64,000 bases of DNA from the NCBI GenBank assembly GCA_041752695.1, contig JBGSVZ010000066.1:32001-96000 (forward strand), written 5' to 3'. Made by a program: the position numbers and the translations under genes. Below the pieces are notes generated by a model. The model had not been told where the DNA came from, did not search any database, and was given only the letters and a program-made list of their open reading frames with translations. Positions within the stretch are counted from its first letter, which is position 1; each line of letters begins with the position of its first letter. The DNA comes from Terrimicrobiaceae bacterium (GTDB lineage: Bacteria; Verrucomicrobiota; Verrucomicrobiia; Chthoniobacterales; Terrimicrobiaceae). Below, one piece after another: positions 40,201 to 48,882 of this stretch.

Positions 40201-41797
40201 TCAGAGAAACTCCGTCCTTCCTCCCCGGGCCGCATTTTGCGTCGAGGGGCATACGGCACAGGCTCCCGTGGACTTTAATGATCCTAATGCGGTTAGCGGC
40301 TCTTCCGGCCCCACCTTCGACCTGTTTGTCCAGACTACCGATGGTCGATTGTATGACAGCCTGCCCCTTCTCACCCCCTACGATACGGTTCTTAGTATGG
40401 TCAATGCCCCTCTTTCCGGCACAGACGATCGTGATCCCCGCTTAAGCCAACTTTCCAGCAGTAACGACTTCCGGCGGATTACAACCGTCCTGACGGGAGT
40501 GAATCCCGCAACGGTCATTGATCCGCTTTTTCCGCGCACGACGGTTCGTTCCCAATGGCACGGATTCGGCACGCCCGGGCTCTTTTCAAATGTCACAGGA
40601 TATCAAAGTTTACCGACTTTCCGGACCAAAAAATTCGCGCGCAGTGGCACTTATATTCCCGGCGCCGGAGGAGACTTGGGAGGAAGTGGGGGTATTGGGG
40701 GGATCGTCGGAGCTGTCGTGGGAGCCCGAAATAAAATTCCCGACGCCGGGGACTGGACTGGCATGCCCGGCCGCTATGCGGACGGTGGCCTCCTGACCCG
40801 CCCCGACCAGGAATATGGCCAGCTCACGCAAGACACCTCCGGGGGAATGTATGTTCCCTTCTGGCCCCGCCTGGGATACGGAGACTACGTCGGGCCGGTG
40901 GGAGCGGGCTCGGCCTTCTCGGCAGATCTCAGTTACTTTTCGCCCAATCGGCAGATTCCGTCTCCCGTTTTGCTGGGCACGCTGCCCAGATCGCTCACCA
41001 CTGGCTGGCAAACCCTCGCATTCAGCCCCAATCCCGCTGCCAAGGCCGGTCACCCGGGCCTTCGCTCTCCGACCAATGGTGCTCCGGATCACTTGCTTTT
41101 GGACCTGTTTTGGATGCCGGTCGTCGAACCTTATCCCATCAGTGATCAGCTTTCGACGGCGGGGAAGGTGAATCTAAATTATCGGATGATGCCGTTTTCG
41201 TATCTGAAGCGACAAACGGCTCTTTATGCCGCCATGAAAAGCACCTGGATCACCGCTTTGACGGATAATGACAACAATTTCGCAAACCATAAAAGTCATC
41301 TTCTGTTTCGGGATCAGGCCGGATCAAAAACGCGCTACAGCATCAATGTCGACGAGACTCTCAAGGGATTTGAAGCCGTGTTTGATGCAGGAGACCTCAT
41401 GCGATCCGCCTCGCAGATTTGTGAGATGTTTCTCGTGCCACAAGGAACCACTTTGGCGGATGCCTCAGACACTTATTGGGACAGTCATCGCCTGACCGCG
41501 GACAATGCCCGGGAGCAGCCTTACGATCACCTCTATTCCCGGGTGACGACAAAATCGAACACCTACACTGTCCACTGGCGGGTGCAGACGCTCAGAAAGG
41601 TTCCTGGAACGACCGCGAACGTCTGGGAAGAGAACCGGGATCGCGTGGCGGCGGAGCTGCGCGGGTCCACGCTGATCGAGCGCTATATTGACCCGAACGC
41701 CATCAATATTCCGGACTATGCCAGCGACACCACGGCTGAGCCGCTGGGCGGCTTCTACCAGTGGCGCGTGGTTTCGGAAAATTATTTTCAACCCTGA
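37274..41797 (+). CDS. Verru_Chthon cassette protein A (~1500 aa, GspK/PilX-like N-terminus)
   Basis: RA|FALVLVL, WASQPGMIRTY, YKLYS, MPVKWLYVL.DG, GRVAFWTDDETSKVNINTASEG, FSPNRQ, DHLLLDLFWMPVVEPY, TTKSNTYTVH, RGSTLIERYIDPN. Confidence 0.9.
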   Translation: MKALHRQRAFALVLVLIVIVLTATMAVFFLASAGQERRGVDLYGRGSQTRHLAGMAVSRVIGQIGSATKEATAADPVAWASQPGMIRTYGQDGNPRNIYKLYSWESDLAQTGVGYTPLGTSEVPPSGWKDSPQVFTDLNHPINGLYPIVDPAAENAVEGFSIDKTNAAVSGSGSEAPMPVKWLYVLEDGQMVAGSSPSGSTVTVAGASTANPVVGRVAFWTDDETSKVNINTASEGVFWDVPRSGSRDDVQFAGNPPVNYEFQRTPGHPSMTSLSAVFPELLTEAALDPTQTRWGSDFVAEVQKLYAMSPRIAWGAAGEGSQGGRFPITSYSFNYGPARDAIPLSTLPKKITLDSDRLYVSADDFWFKPDRAANEAFAGKLTAADFQKRLFFLTASSRAPETTLFETPRVSLWPITWPNVSSYFVTRNAIGGLPAKYKSPTPQNPETTKLADINPVWITAQERLLAFCASLNTQNANGGDRYFFQRKDPDSPVNDWDNIPRNQVLVNYLIRQMREEVPGYGSSLQSGLGGSAPTTAWIAFNAFDYVRSFVNQYTAPDAQEGIRYSFAGVSFRNGRMGGVSMNALNEPNAKTPTPLRANIEGVEQRGIGTLPVLEEAALAFYAVERNEPVPPVLPPGITDPEDPAYPEWRDPYNWTNLINLDATNGYPVGAQTTKMRAVMLLDFTGLEPGVSIKPTFWVKVKGDSFRVNGNPIGFPSASGFTAQVTLSTAVTTSPSVTPLYKKDGRPKIFSNSETGATVWQLVSNDIPVNAGALNFQFIGSPTTIEIYACDPTNIDTDPTNNPARKIAEKTVDFSQWDSPSLPMPMAPRWGMSSRAYRFDNAGTLIPGQTGQLPGSSRSKTAAPTAKDNMAKFSRVAVGDAWQPNPTYQNFPGAAHPNTTWAWAEYASSITAPTDAMPDIRSASTIAQYRQNSTTYAYRTSLAGWTRDTNDPDEARESGDSLRNLSTNFRKRVGAVNQRNSVLPPRAAFCVEGHTAQAPVDFNDPNAVSGSSGPTFDLFVQTTDGRLYDSLPLLTPYDTVLSMVNAPLSGTDDRDPRLSQLSSSNDFRRITTVLTGVNPATVIDPLFPRTTVRSQWHGFGTPGLFSNVTGYQSLPTFRTKKFARSGTYIPGAGGDLGGSGGIGGIVGAVVGARNKIPDAGDWTGMPGRYADGGLLTRPDQEYGQLTQDTSGGMYVPFWPRLGYGDYVGPVGAGSAFSADLSYFSPNRQIPSPVLLGTLPRSLTTGWQTLAFSPNPAAKAGHPGLRSPTNGAPDHLLLDLFWMPVVEPYPISDQLSTAGKVNLNYRMMPFSYLKRQTALYAAMKSTWITALTDNDNNFANHKSHLLFRDQAGSKTRYSINVDETLKGFEAVFDAGDLMRSASQICEMFLVPQGTTLADASDTYWDSHRLTADNAREQPYDHLYSRVTTKSNTYTVHWRVQTLRKVPGTTANVWEENRDRVAAELRGSTLIERYIDPNAINIPDYASDTTAEPLGGFYQWRVVSENYFQP

Positions 41798-41812
41798 ATA
41801 ATCTCTTGATCA

Positions 41813-41826
41813 ATCTCACGATTGAT
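41813..41826. promoter_or_regulatory. Regulon operator site 4 (ATCTCACGATTGAT) between cassette A and D
   Basis: Identical to the site at 24936; follows TTGATC. Confidence 0.75.
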
Positions 41827-41854
41827 GGCTTATTCTGGAAAACGGTCACACCCC

Positions 41855-42526
41855 ATGATTCCCCCCCTGCCCAAATTGCCTATGACGTTGCCACAGCGCT
41901 TTCGACGGATGGCGGCGTTCAGTATGATCGAGTTGCTGACGGTGATGACGCTCATTTCCATCTTAGCGGCGGCCACTGTTCCGGCCCTTCGCGGCACGCT
42001 TGACGGTGTGACGCTGAGCGGCGCGGCGGGGGTGGTGGAATCGGAATTTTCCCTCGCCCGGCAGGCCGCGATGAGCAGGAATCTGCCCGTTGAGGTTAGG
42101 TTTTACGAGCACGACGACGGCAACGGATTGGCGTGGCGGGCGATTGCGTCCGTGATTCCTGCTGCTGCGAGCGGCGAGACGTCCGACGAGTGGGTAAGCA
42201 GGGGCAAAGTGCTTCCGGGCAACATCGTAGCCGATGATGCGCAGGATTTTTCGACAGTGATTTCCAAGGCAGCGCCGATTTCCGCAGAGCCAGAGGCTCC
42301 CTGGAGCGCGGTGGAGTCGTCTTCGGCTCCAAACCTTTTGAAAGGTAAAACTTACGTCGGGTTCCAATTCCGGCCGGATGGTTCCATGAACCTCCCGAAC
42401 GGGCAGCCCTGGTGCGTGACGCTTCGCGGTTACCATAGACAGGCGGTAGGTGGGGCGCCGGCCGCCAACTACATTTCCCTCGTTTTCGACGCGCTGACCG
42501 GGCGGACGATGGTCCATCAGCCCTGA
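41855..42526 (+). CDS. Verru_Chthon cassette protein D (prepilin-like, GspH/FimT-like)
   Basis: AA|FSMIELLTV, LARQAAMSRN.PVEVRFY, FQFRPDGS, DALTGR; start 41855 or 41882. Confidence 0.87.
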   Translation: MIPPLPKLPMTLPQRFRRMAAFSMIELLTVMTLISILAAATVPALRGTLDGVTLSGAAGVVESEFSLARQAAMSRNLPVEVRFYEHDDGNGLAWRAIASVIPAAASGETSDEWVSRGKVLPGNIVADDAQDFSTVISKAAPISAEPEAPWSAVESSSAPNLLKGKTYVGFQFRPDGSMNLPNGQPWCVTLRGYHRQAVGGAPAANYISLVFDALTGRTMVHQP

Positions 42527-42842
42527 GGGCGGTTACCCCGCTGGAATGGCGTTGGCGCGTGAAGCTAGTGCTTGTTTGGCACTTTCGCAGGAAACCTCGC
42601 TAATTGTGACTGCTGTGAGGGACGTCCTTTGCCTTCGGTCGTCGCCATTTAGCCTAGTTCCGGGAGGAGCTGGCCGCCGTTGCAGCGCGGATAGACACGG
42701 ATAAGTTTCTGGAAACAAGGCGTTGCGAATCGGCCGCCCGCGTCCAAAAGATTCCCCCGGTGAGTTGGTTGCTTGGGTTTCTGATCTTCCTCATTCTCCG
42801 TGGTTTCCGGGAACTCCCTGGTCCTCATTTCCGGTTCTAGGA

Positions 42843-45800
42843 TCACCGGGCCACCGGAAAATCTCGGTCGCGCAACCAGATTTCCGGCGTCCCCCAACCG
42901 GGAACGCTTCCGTTGGCATCCTGCGGTGGACGGATAAATGACATCGTGGAGGCCATGCTTTCGAGAATTCGATAGGTGGGATAGGCCGAAGGCAGGCCGT
43001 ATTGGCCTTGCCCGCCCCGAATGACCCGGAACGATTCGAATGTTCCGCCGAAGCCGTCGAAAAGCGTAACCTCCCCGCGTGGCAGGTCAGTCCCGGGCGA
43101 CCAGGTCCAATCCATGTCTTTCCTTTGGTGGTCGATGTTGTGCCGGATGAAGCAGCGAGGACGGCCCGTGCTGAGGGGCATGTTGTTGAAATCCGTGGCT
43201 CCGACCCACTTGCCGCCTGCCCAGACGCGCACCCCGGGGACGCCCGTCTCCGCTCTCGTCCAGCGAAGATCAAACTCTTTTGCCGCTTCGGTGGAATCCC
43301 CCTTAGGGCCATCCAGGTGCAGCGTGAAAATGCGATTCGGAGGAACCGGGAAGGCGTCGCGCAAAAAGTTCTCCGCCGTTCCCTTGCTGGTTGGCGTGGG
43401 CGCCTGGCCGGCGGATTTCATTGCCGTGTGAATGGCACGGATCGCGCAGGCATAGACCGAATCGGCCCCGGAATCGACGGCTTCCCACTGGCCATTCTTC
43501 CGCACAAAAAACCGATGCTGCCGGGCCGGGTCCAGCCAGATATGAACCGCCTCCACAGTATCTTCTGGAAGGGTCGGCGGTTCCGCGGAGGAGACAATCT
43601 GCATGCGGCGGAGTCCCTCGCCGTAGTTTTTCGCCAGGAGGGCGTTCGGGAAGTGGCTTTCGGAAACCAAAGGGAAATACGGGGTATAAACCTGCATCGT
43701 CAGGTGATCCCCATCCTTAAACTTATCGAAGCCCTCTACCCGGCTGAGCACCCGCCCGCCTGACTTGAGCTCGAAGGCGGCGGTATCCCGTTCGGTGAGT
43801 GCGACCGAGTATTCCAGGCCCTTCCCGTCGGTCTCCCTGATCAACTCGCGTCGGCTGCCGGGAGTCCCCACGGAACCAAATTTGATGTGCAGCAGAAAGC
43901 CATCGTTTTTCGCGTCGGTGCGCCAGGGGGATTTCATCGTCTCCCGCTTGGCAGTGACGGGGGGGGCGGACAGCTCGTCGAAAAAACCACCTGAGCGCGC
44001 AGGGTCTCCGAGAAATGCCGCGAGGTCTGTTGGCATGGGGGCAATCTTGGCCAGTTCGCTTCCGGGCGTCAATCGGGCCGCTCCCGAGGATGAAGTGGTC
44101 CACGCTGGCGTCGGGGTGTAGTCGGTGGGATCGGCAAATCCGTCGAGCATCTTGTGGCCGGAATATTTCGTGCGAGAGAAGTCGGCGTCATATTTCGTGT
44201 CGTAGCTCCCGGTATAGGTGATGGGCTTTTCATAGACATCGGTGATCGTGGCCACCCCCTTCCGCCAGTCGGTGCGGACGACGGGATCCGGCCGCCCATC
44301 GACATGCCCTTTGAACAGAGCCGGAAACACGTCCATCCCAGTCACACCATAGACGTTCTCGGAATTCAGCAACTCGAACTGCGGCTGATTATAACGTCCG
44401 GCGATCGTCGAGAGGCCCCGGACGTAGCCAACGGGCGGATGATTGTTGAAATCCAAGCGGTCGAGGAACGCGTTTCCCATCACCGAAAAATCTTCGATGT
44501 AATCACGCTGGCTGAGTTTTGGATCCTGTTCCACCCAATCCTTGTCCGGGTTGATCGTCATGAAGCCGCGGTAGCCGGGTGCGAGGTTTTGAAAGACATT
44601 CCAGTAGAAGTGCGTGTTCGTGTAGGCGTCCCCGTCGATGATCACGTTCTGGGTACCTCCGCCGATCTCAGCGTCCATGGCAGGCCAATCGTGCCGCCCG
44701 AATTGGGCGAAGTTCGAGAACACATACATGCTTTGGGGGTAGCGGGCGGTCTGGTTGGCTTGGGATTGAAACTCATCCGGATGCAAATTTCCGCCAAGAT
44801 AGGGACTGTCCCCCTCGCGGTTGGCGCTGCCTGTCGCCCCCGCGAAATGGTTGTAAGCCACGATGGCGTCCACCCACGAACCATACATCTGGACGGCATC
44901 ATGACCACGGGCGATCCAGTTCCGTGCGATCACTGAAGAAGTCACTGTTGCCGAGCCCGGGGTTTCGATTCCCGCCCCGGAAGTCGCCAGGATATTGTCG
45001 ACGACGGTGCTGTCCTTGAGGGTTCGCAATTGGACCCCGGCAAAAGCCACCCCGTCCGGGCACTCGACCCAGTTGTTGCGAAAATCCAGGTTGGAACCAT
45101 CGAGGCCCACTACGCTCGAGGGGAACCTCGGGCCCGCCGTGGCCAGTTGGTCGGGTCCCAGCCTCGCGAACCGGCAAAAGAGGAAACCAATGTTCGCGAT
45201 CTGTGCCACCTGGAGGTTTGCCATCACGGTTTTCGGGTGTCCGACAAACCAGACCTTGCGGCCTTCCGTCAGTTTGTCGATGGCCGCGCCCCATTTTTCC
45301 CAGCGCGAGGCGGTGACAAATGGGCGCGTCTCATCCGTGATTTCCCCGGCCGGCAATTGAATCACGAACGGTTGCCCGGGAGTCACTTTGCTGTCGTCAA
45401 TGTTCTCAATGATCCATGTTTTCAGATCAGCCCAAGACATGGCAGAGGCGTCGAAATCAATTTTCACATCCCCTCGCTGCAGTTTTTCGGGAATTCTGTC
45501 CGCCGGATTTTTCCATGGCTCCAACAAAAACACAGCCAGCTTCCGGAGGTGAGTCTTACGGTCCGGTCCCTGCACCGCGATCCGGGTCGGTCGCCAGGGA
45601 CAACCCGCAAGGGGAGAAGTCATCTCCTTCGAAAACCACACCGGATCGGACCCGTTGGGTCCGGACATCTCAAAGACAAAAAGCAGCCGGCCCGGTGGCG
45701 TGTTTGGCAGCCGGACGCCGATCCGGTTGTACGACGAGGAGTTCGGGTTTCTGGCATCCGCCACCTTCAGCCCGAGCGGCTCGCCGGAACTGTCGTGGTC

Positions 45801-46184
45801 TAACGGCGGGGGCACCGCGGTAATGGATCCTCCCGTCTGCTCGGCTGGCAGTTGGTCGATGGGATCCCGCATCTCGCGACGGTCGGTTTTTACCAATTCC
45901 CCCGAGACATCATAATATTCCGGAGCCATTTGCGCCTCGATCTCGGCCTTCTGCGCCGCTTCGGCCGCCTGCAGGTCGACCCGGCCTACCACCTTGAGAG
46001 TCCGGGGCGGTCCGCCCGGAACCTCCAATGTCACTTCCCCGGAAACAGACGCTTTGTCCCAGAGCATCTGGGCCTGCGAACTCCAGTTCGGGGATTCCGC
46101 CTGCGAGGTTGAAACGATCGACATTCCGACGAGGAATGCTGTCGTCAGGGAGATGCGAAACACGGGGTAAGAAGGAAATTTCAT
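42843..46184 (-). CDS. Large secreted protein with central beta-helix (pectin lyase-like) region
   Basis: Signal peptide ending SQA; repeats DFRNNW / VVDNIL / IARNWI / VAYNHF; GHDAVQ, HPDEFQ. Confidence 0.65.
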   Translation of the reverse strand: MKFPSYPVFRISLTTAFLVGMSIVSTSQAESPNWSSQAQMLWDKASVSGEVTLEVPGGPPRTLKVVGRVDLQAAEAAQKAEIEAQMAPEYYDVSGELVKTDRREMRDPIDQLPAEQTGGSITAVPPPLDHDSSGEPLGLKVADARNPNSSSYNRIGVRLPNTPPGRLLFVFEMSGPNGSDPVWFSKEMTSPLAGCPWRPTRIAVQGPDRKTHLRKLAVFLLEPWKNPADRIPEKLQRGDVKIDFDASAMSWADLKTWIIENIDDSKVTPGQPFVIQLPAGEITDETRPFVTASRWEKWGAAIDKLTEGRKVWFVGHPKTVMANLQVAQIANIGFLFCRFARLGPDQLATAGPRFPSSVVGLDGSNLDFRNNWVECPDGVAFAGVQLRTLKDSTVVDNILATSGAGIETPGSATVTSSVIARNWIARGHDAVQMYGSWVDAIVAYNHFAGATGSANREGDSPYLGGNLHPDEFQSQANQTARYPQSMYVFSNFAQFGRHDWPAMDAEIGGGTQNVIIDGDAYTNTHFYWNVFQNLAPGYRGFMTINPDKDWVEQDPKLSQRDYIEDFSVMGNAFLDRLDFNNHPPVGYVRGLSTIAGRYNQPQFELLNSENVYGVTGMDVFPALFKGHVDGRPDPVVRTDWRKGVATITDVYEKPITYTGSYDTKYDADFSRTKYSGHKMLDGFADPTDYTPTPAWTTSSSGAARLTPGSELAKIAPMPTDLAAFLGDPARSGGFFDELSAPPVTAKRETMKSPWRTDAKNDGFLLHIKFGSVGTPGSRRELIRETDGKGLEYSVALTERDTAAFELKSGGRVLSRVEGFDKFKDGDHLTMQVYTPYFPLVSESHFPNALLAKNYGEGLRRMQIVSSAEPPTLPEDTVEAVHIWLDPARQHRFFVRKNGQWEAVDSGADSVYACAIRAIHTAMKSAGQAPTPTSKGTAENFLRDAFPVPPNRIFTLHLDGPKGDSTEAAKEFDLRWTRAETGVPGVRVWAGGKWVGATDFNNMPLSTGRPRCFIRHNIDHQRKDMDWTWSPGTDLPRGEVTLFDGFGGTFESFRVIRGGQGQYGLPSAYPTYRILESMASTMSFIRPPQDANGSVPGWGTPEIWLRDRDFPVAR

Positions 46185-46244
46185 GAGGAAAAGGGGAGGA
46201 GCAAAGATTTTTTCGGGGGAAATCCGATTGGTGACCTTGTCTAT

Positions 46245-46258
46245 ATCTCACGTGGGAT
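46245..46258. promoter_or_regulatory. Regulon operator site 5 (ATCTCACGTGGGAT)
   Basis: On the minus strand it sits in the spacer of TTGCAT-N17-TAGACA, upstream of ATG 46184. Confidence 0.7.
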
Positions 46259-46374
46259 AAATGCAAGGTCAATCGGCTTAGGGTGGGGGGGAAGCCATGT
46301 CTCGCGCAATGGCCGCGGAGGTTTTGGGGGCACCGAGGGGGACGTCTGCGAGGCGCAGACGAGAAGGCGGGACG

Positions 46375-47014
46375 CTACTCGGAGACTTCGGTCGTCTTGA
46401 AGGAGAGATCGTCGAGCCAAAAGCGTCCGCCCGCCGCCGCGATTTTCGGGAAAGAGATCCCCATCTTGATCTTCTGAGTCTCCGGTTTCAACTTCACGCG
46501 GCACACGACTTCGTTCCAGGAGTCGGATTCGACGATTTTGGCGGCCCCCCAGTTGATGTCGATCCGCTGGCCAGTGCCGTCGAACTGCTGGACATTGAAG
46601 AGCCCTTCGACCCCCAGCCCCTCGCTGCGGGTAAAAAATCGGATCTCCACGGCGGCACCGGACACCTCGACTTCCGGGATGTTTAAGAACAGCCCGGTGG
46701 TATCCTGCAAAACCTCGATGGCGAGGCAGTTTCCGCCGGATTTGGGTCTTTCGCTGCTGATGGAGACGGTAAAATATTCAGAGTTGGCTGATGCTCCCCA
46801 GCTGGGCGACTGACCGTCAATATTGGCGCCCGCACGCCATCCCGGGAGGTCCGGCGCAAGCGTCTCGAAATTGATGCCCTCGGTCTGTGGAGGCGTGGGT
46901 CAGCAGCGCGAGGATGACCGCCAAGAGCGCATAGCCGGACGGCAGGCTCCGTCCCCCTCCTTTTTTGGTTCGGAGAGGCGTCAGGTGAAGGGAAAGCGGG
47001 GCGTGGGTTTTCAT
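46375..47014 (-). pseudogene. Frameshifted secreted carbohydrate-binding-module-like protein
   Basis: The signal-peptide frame (...ALLTHAS) switches near 46889 to QTEGINFETLAPDLPGW...KSGGNCLAIE...WNEV...FWLDDLSF, a CBM4/9-like pattern. Confidence 0.65.
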
Positions 47015-47106
47015 CTGGCTTGATTGTTATGGGAGGGCGCGCGACCGGGAACCGTATTCCGTTCGGTCGGAAGGATCTGGAGATGCATAGTCATTTTCCG
47101 CCACGC

Positions 47107-47120
47107 ATCACACCTGAGAT
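47107..47120. promoter_or_regulatory. Regulon operator site 6 (ATCACACCTGAGAT)
   Basis: Near-perfect palindrome in the divergent gap 47015-47243. Confidence 0.7.
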
Positions 47121-47212
47121 GGACCTTAGGAGTGATCGGTGATGACGTCAAGAGGCGGGTGTTGGGTCCGCCGGGCAGCTGGCCGCGCGTTTAAGCGATA
47201 CCATTGACGGAA

Positions 47213-47226
47213 ATCAATCCTGTGAT
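47213..47226. promoter_or_regulatory. Regulon operator site 7 (ATCAATCCTGTGAT)
   Basis: Follows TTGACG and overlaps GATAAT, 17 nt before ATG 47244; a 16-mer here is identical to 51827-51842. Confidence 0.75.
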
Positions 47227-47243
47227 AATTCAGTGCCCTTTTT

Positions 47244-48791
47244 ATGTATGCGATCGACCCTGGCCTTCTCGCCGCTGCGCGGAAGCACATCGAGAAATTT
47301 AACCGGAATGACGAAGAGGGTTTCCGTCAGGCGGTGGACAACGCCTCGGCTTGGGAATGGCTGCGGGAGCGTATGCCGCTGTTCGAGTGCCCCGACCCGC
47401 TGATTGAAGAAACTTTTTACTTTCGCTGGTGGACCTACCGGAAGCACCTCAAAGAGACGCCAGATGGCACGATCATTACGGAGTTCCATGCCGTGCTGGG
47501 CCACGCGGGCAAACACAACTCGATCAACTGCGCCTGCGGGCCTCATTTCTACGAAGGTCGCTGGCTGGCGCAAAAGAATCGCTTTCTGGACGACTACGCC
47601 CGCTTCTGGTTTCGCGGCGGCGGTAGCTTGCGTGCGTATAGCGCGTGGCTGTCGGACGCGATCTGGCAGACCTGTCTGGTCAGCGGCGATTTCAGCCTGG
47701 CCGTCGATTTGCTCCCCGACATGGTGGAGAACTACCGGGCGTGGGAGCGTGGGCATTTGCATTCCAGCGGCCTGTTCTGGTCCGATGATGACCGCGACGG
47801 CATGGAGTTTTCGATCAGTGGCCCGGGCCTGCGCCCGACCCTCAACTCCTACATGGCCGCCGACGCGACGGCGATCGCGGCCATCGGGCAGATGGCGGGC
47901 AGACCGGACGTCGCGGAAGAGTTCACCGCGAAAGGTGAGTTGCTGGCGAAGCTGATTAACGAACGACTCTGGGACGAGCAGGACCAGTTCTATAAGACGG
48001 TTCCGTTGGAAAGCAAAGACACGCCGGTTGCGACGTGGGATTTTCGCCGCATGGACCCCAACCGCAACGTGCGGGAGCAGGTGGGTTTCATCCCCTGGGC
48101 CTTCCGCTTGGCTGTGCCAGGGCGCGGGGCGGCGTGGGCGCAGTTGACCGACCCACAGGGTCTCGCCGCGCCTTTCGGCCCTCTAACTGCCGAACGGCGG
48201 CACCCGCGTTTTATGTTCGAGCATTCCACGCACGAATGTTTGTGGAATGGTCCCTCCTGGCCCTTCGCCACCAGCCAGACCCTGATGGGGTTGGCCACCC
48301 TTCTGGCCACCGAAGACCAGCCGGTGGTGACCAAGGCTGACTACCTGGCCACCCTGCAAACCTATGCCCGAAGCCACTACCGGGAATTACCGGACGGGCG
48401 CATCGTCTCGTGGGTGGACGAAAACCTCGACCCGTTCACCGGGGAATGGCTTTCCCGTCGAATGCTGGAGTCGTGGGGCTGGTGCACGGACAAAGGGGGG
48501 TATGAGCGCGGCAAAGACTACAATCACTCCACATTCTGTGACTTGGTGATCTCCGGGCTTATTGGCTTCCGGCCCGGTCTAACGGGTGGTTTCGAGATCA
48601 GGCCGCTGGTGCCCGCCAAGACCTGGAACTACTTCTGCCTCGACAACCTCCGCTTCCGCGGCCAGCGGATCACCATCCGTTACGATGCGGATGGCACTCG
48701 CTATGGGCAGGGACGCGGACTGCAGGTGTTCGCAGACGGCATCGTCGTGGCCGGGGCGGATGAGCTGACGGACCTCATGGTCGGCGCCTAG
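47244..48791 (+). CDS. Six-hairpin glycoside hydrolase (MGH1/GH63-like)
   Basis: FECPD..IEETFYFRWWTYRKH, RDGMEFSISG, RPTLNSY, CLWNGPSWPFAT, DYNHSTFCDLVISG. Confidence 0.8.
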   Translation: MYAIDPGLLAAARKHIEKFNRNDEEGFRQAVDNASAWEWLRERMPLFECPDPLIEETFYFRWWTYRKHLKETPDGTIITEFHAVLGHAGKHNSINCACGPHFYEGRWLAQKNRFLDDYARFWFRGGGSLRAYSAWLSDAIWQTCLVSGDFSLAVDLLPDMVENYRAWERGHLHSSGLFWSDDDRDGMEFSISGPGLRPTLNSYMAADATAIAAIGQMAGRPDVAEEFTAKGELLAKLINERLWDEQDQFYKTVPLESKDTPVATWDFRRMDPNRNVREQVGFIPWAFRLAVPGRGAAWAQLTDPQGLAAPFGPLTAERRHPRFMFEHSTHECLWNGPSWPFATSQTLMGLATLLATEDQPVVTKADYLATLQTYARSHYRELPDGRIVSWVDENLDPFTGEWLSRRMLESWGWCTDKGGYERGKDYNHSTFCDLVISGLIGFRPGLTGGFEIRPLVPAKTWNYFCLDNLRFRGQRITIRYDADGTRYGQGRGLQVFADGIVVAGADELTDLMVGA

Positions 48792-48882
48792 CAGCTGATC
48801 GCCGCTGGCAGGCCATGGTTAGTCGCCTCGGAACTCCGCACGAACTCGCGGCCCTTGCCGCTTGATTCGCGCAGCTTCCCGA

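Noticed and set aside
42527..42842. 316-nt gap between cassette D and the convergent gene as a small gene or RNA
   Set aside because: Only short motif-less ORFs and no convincing hairpin or promoter.
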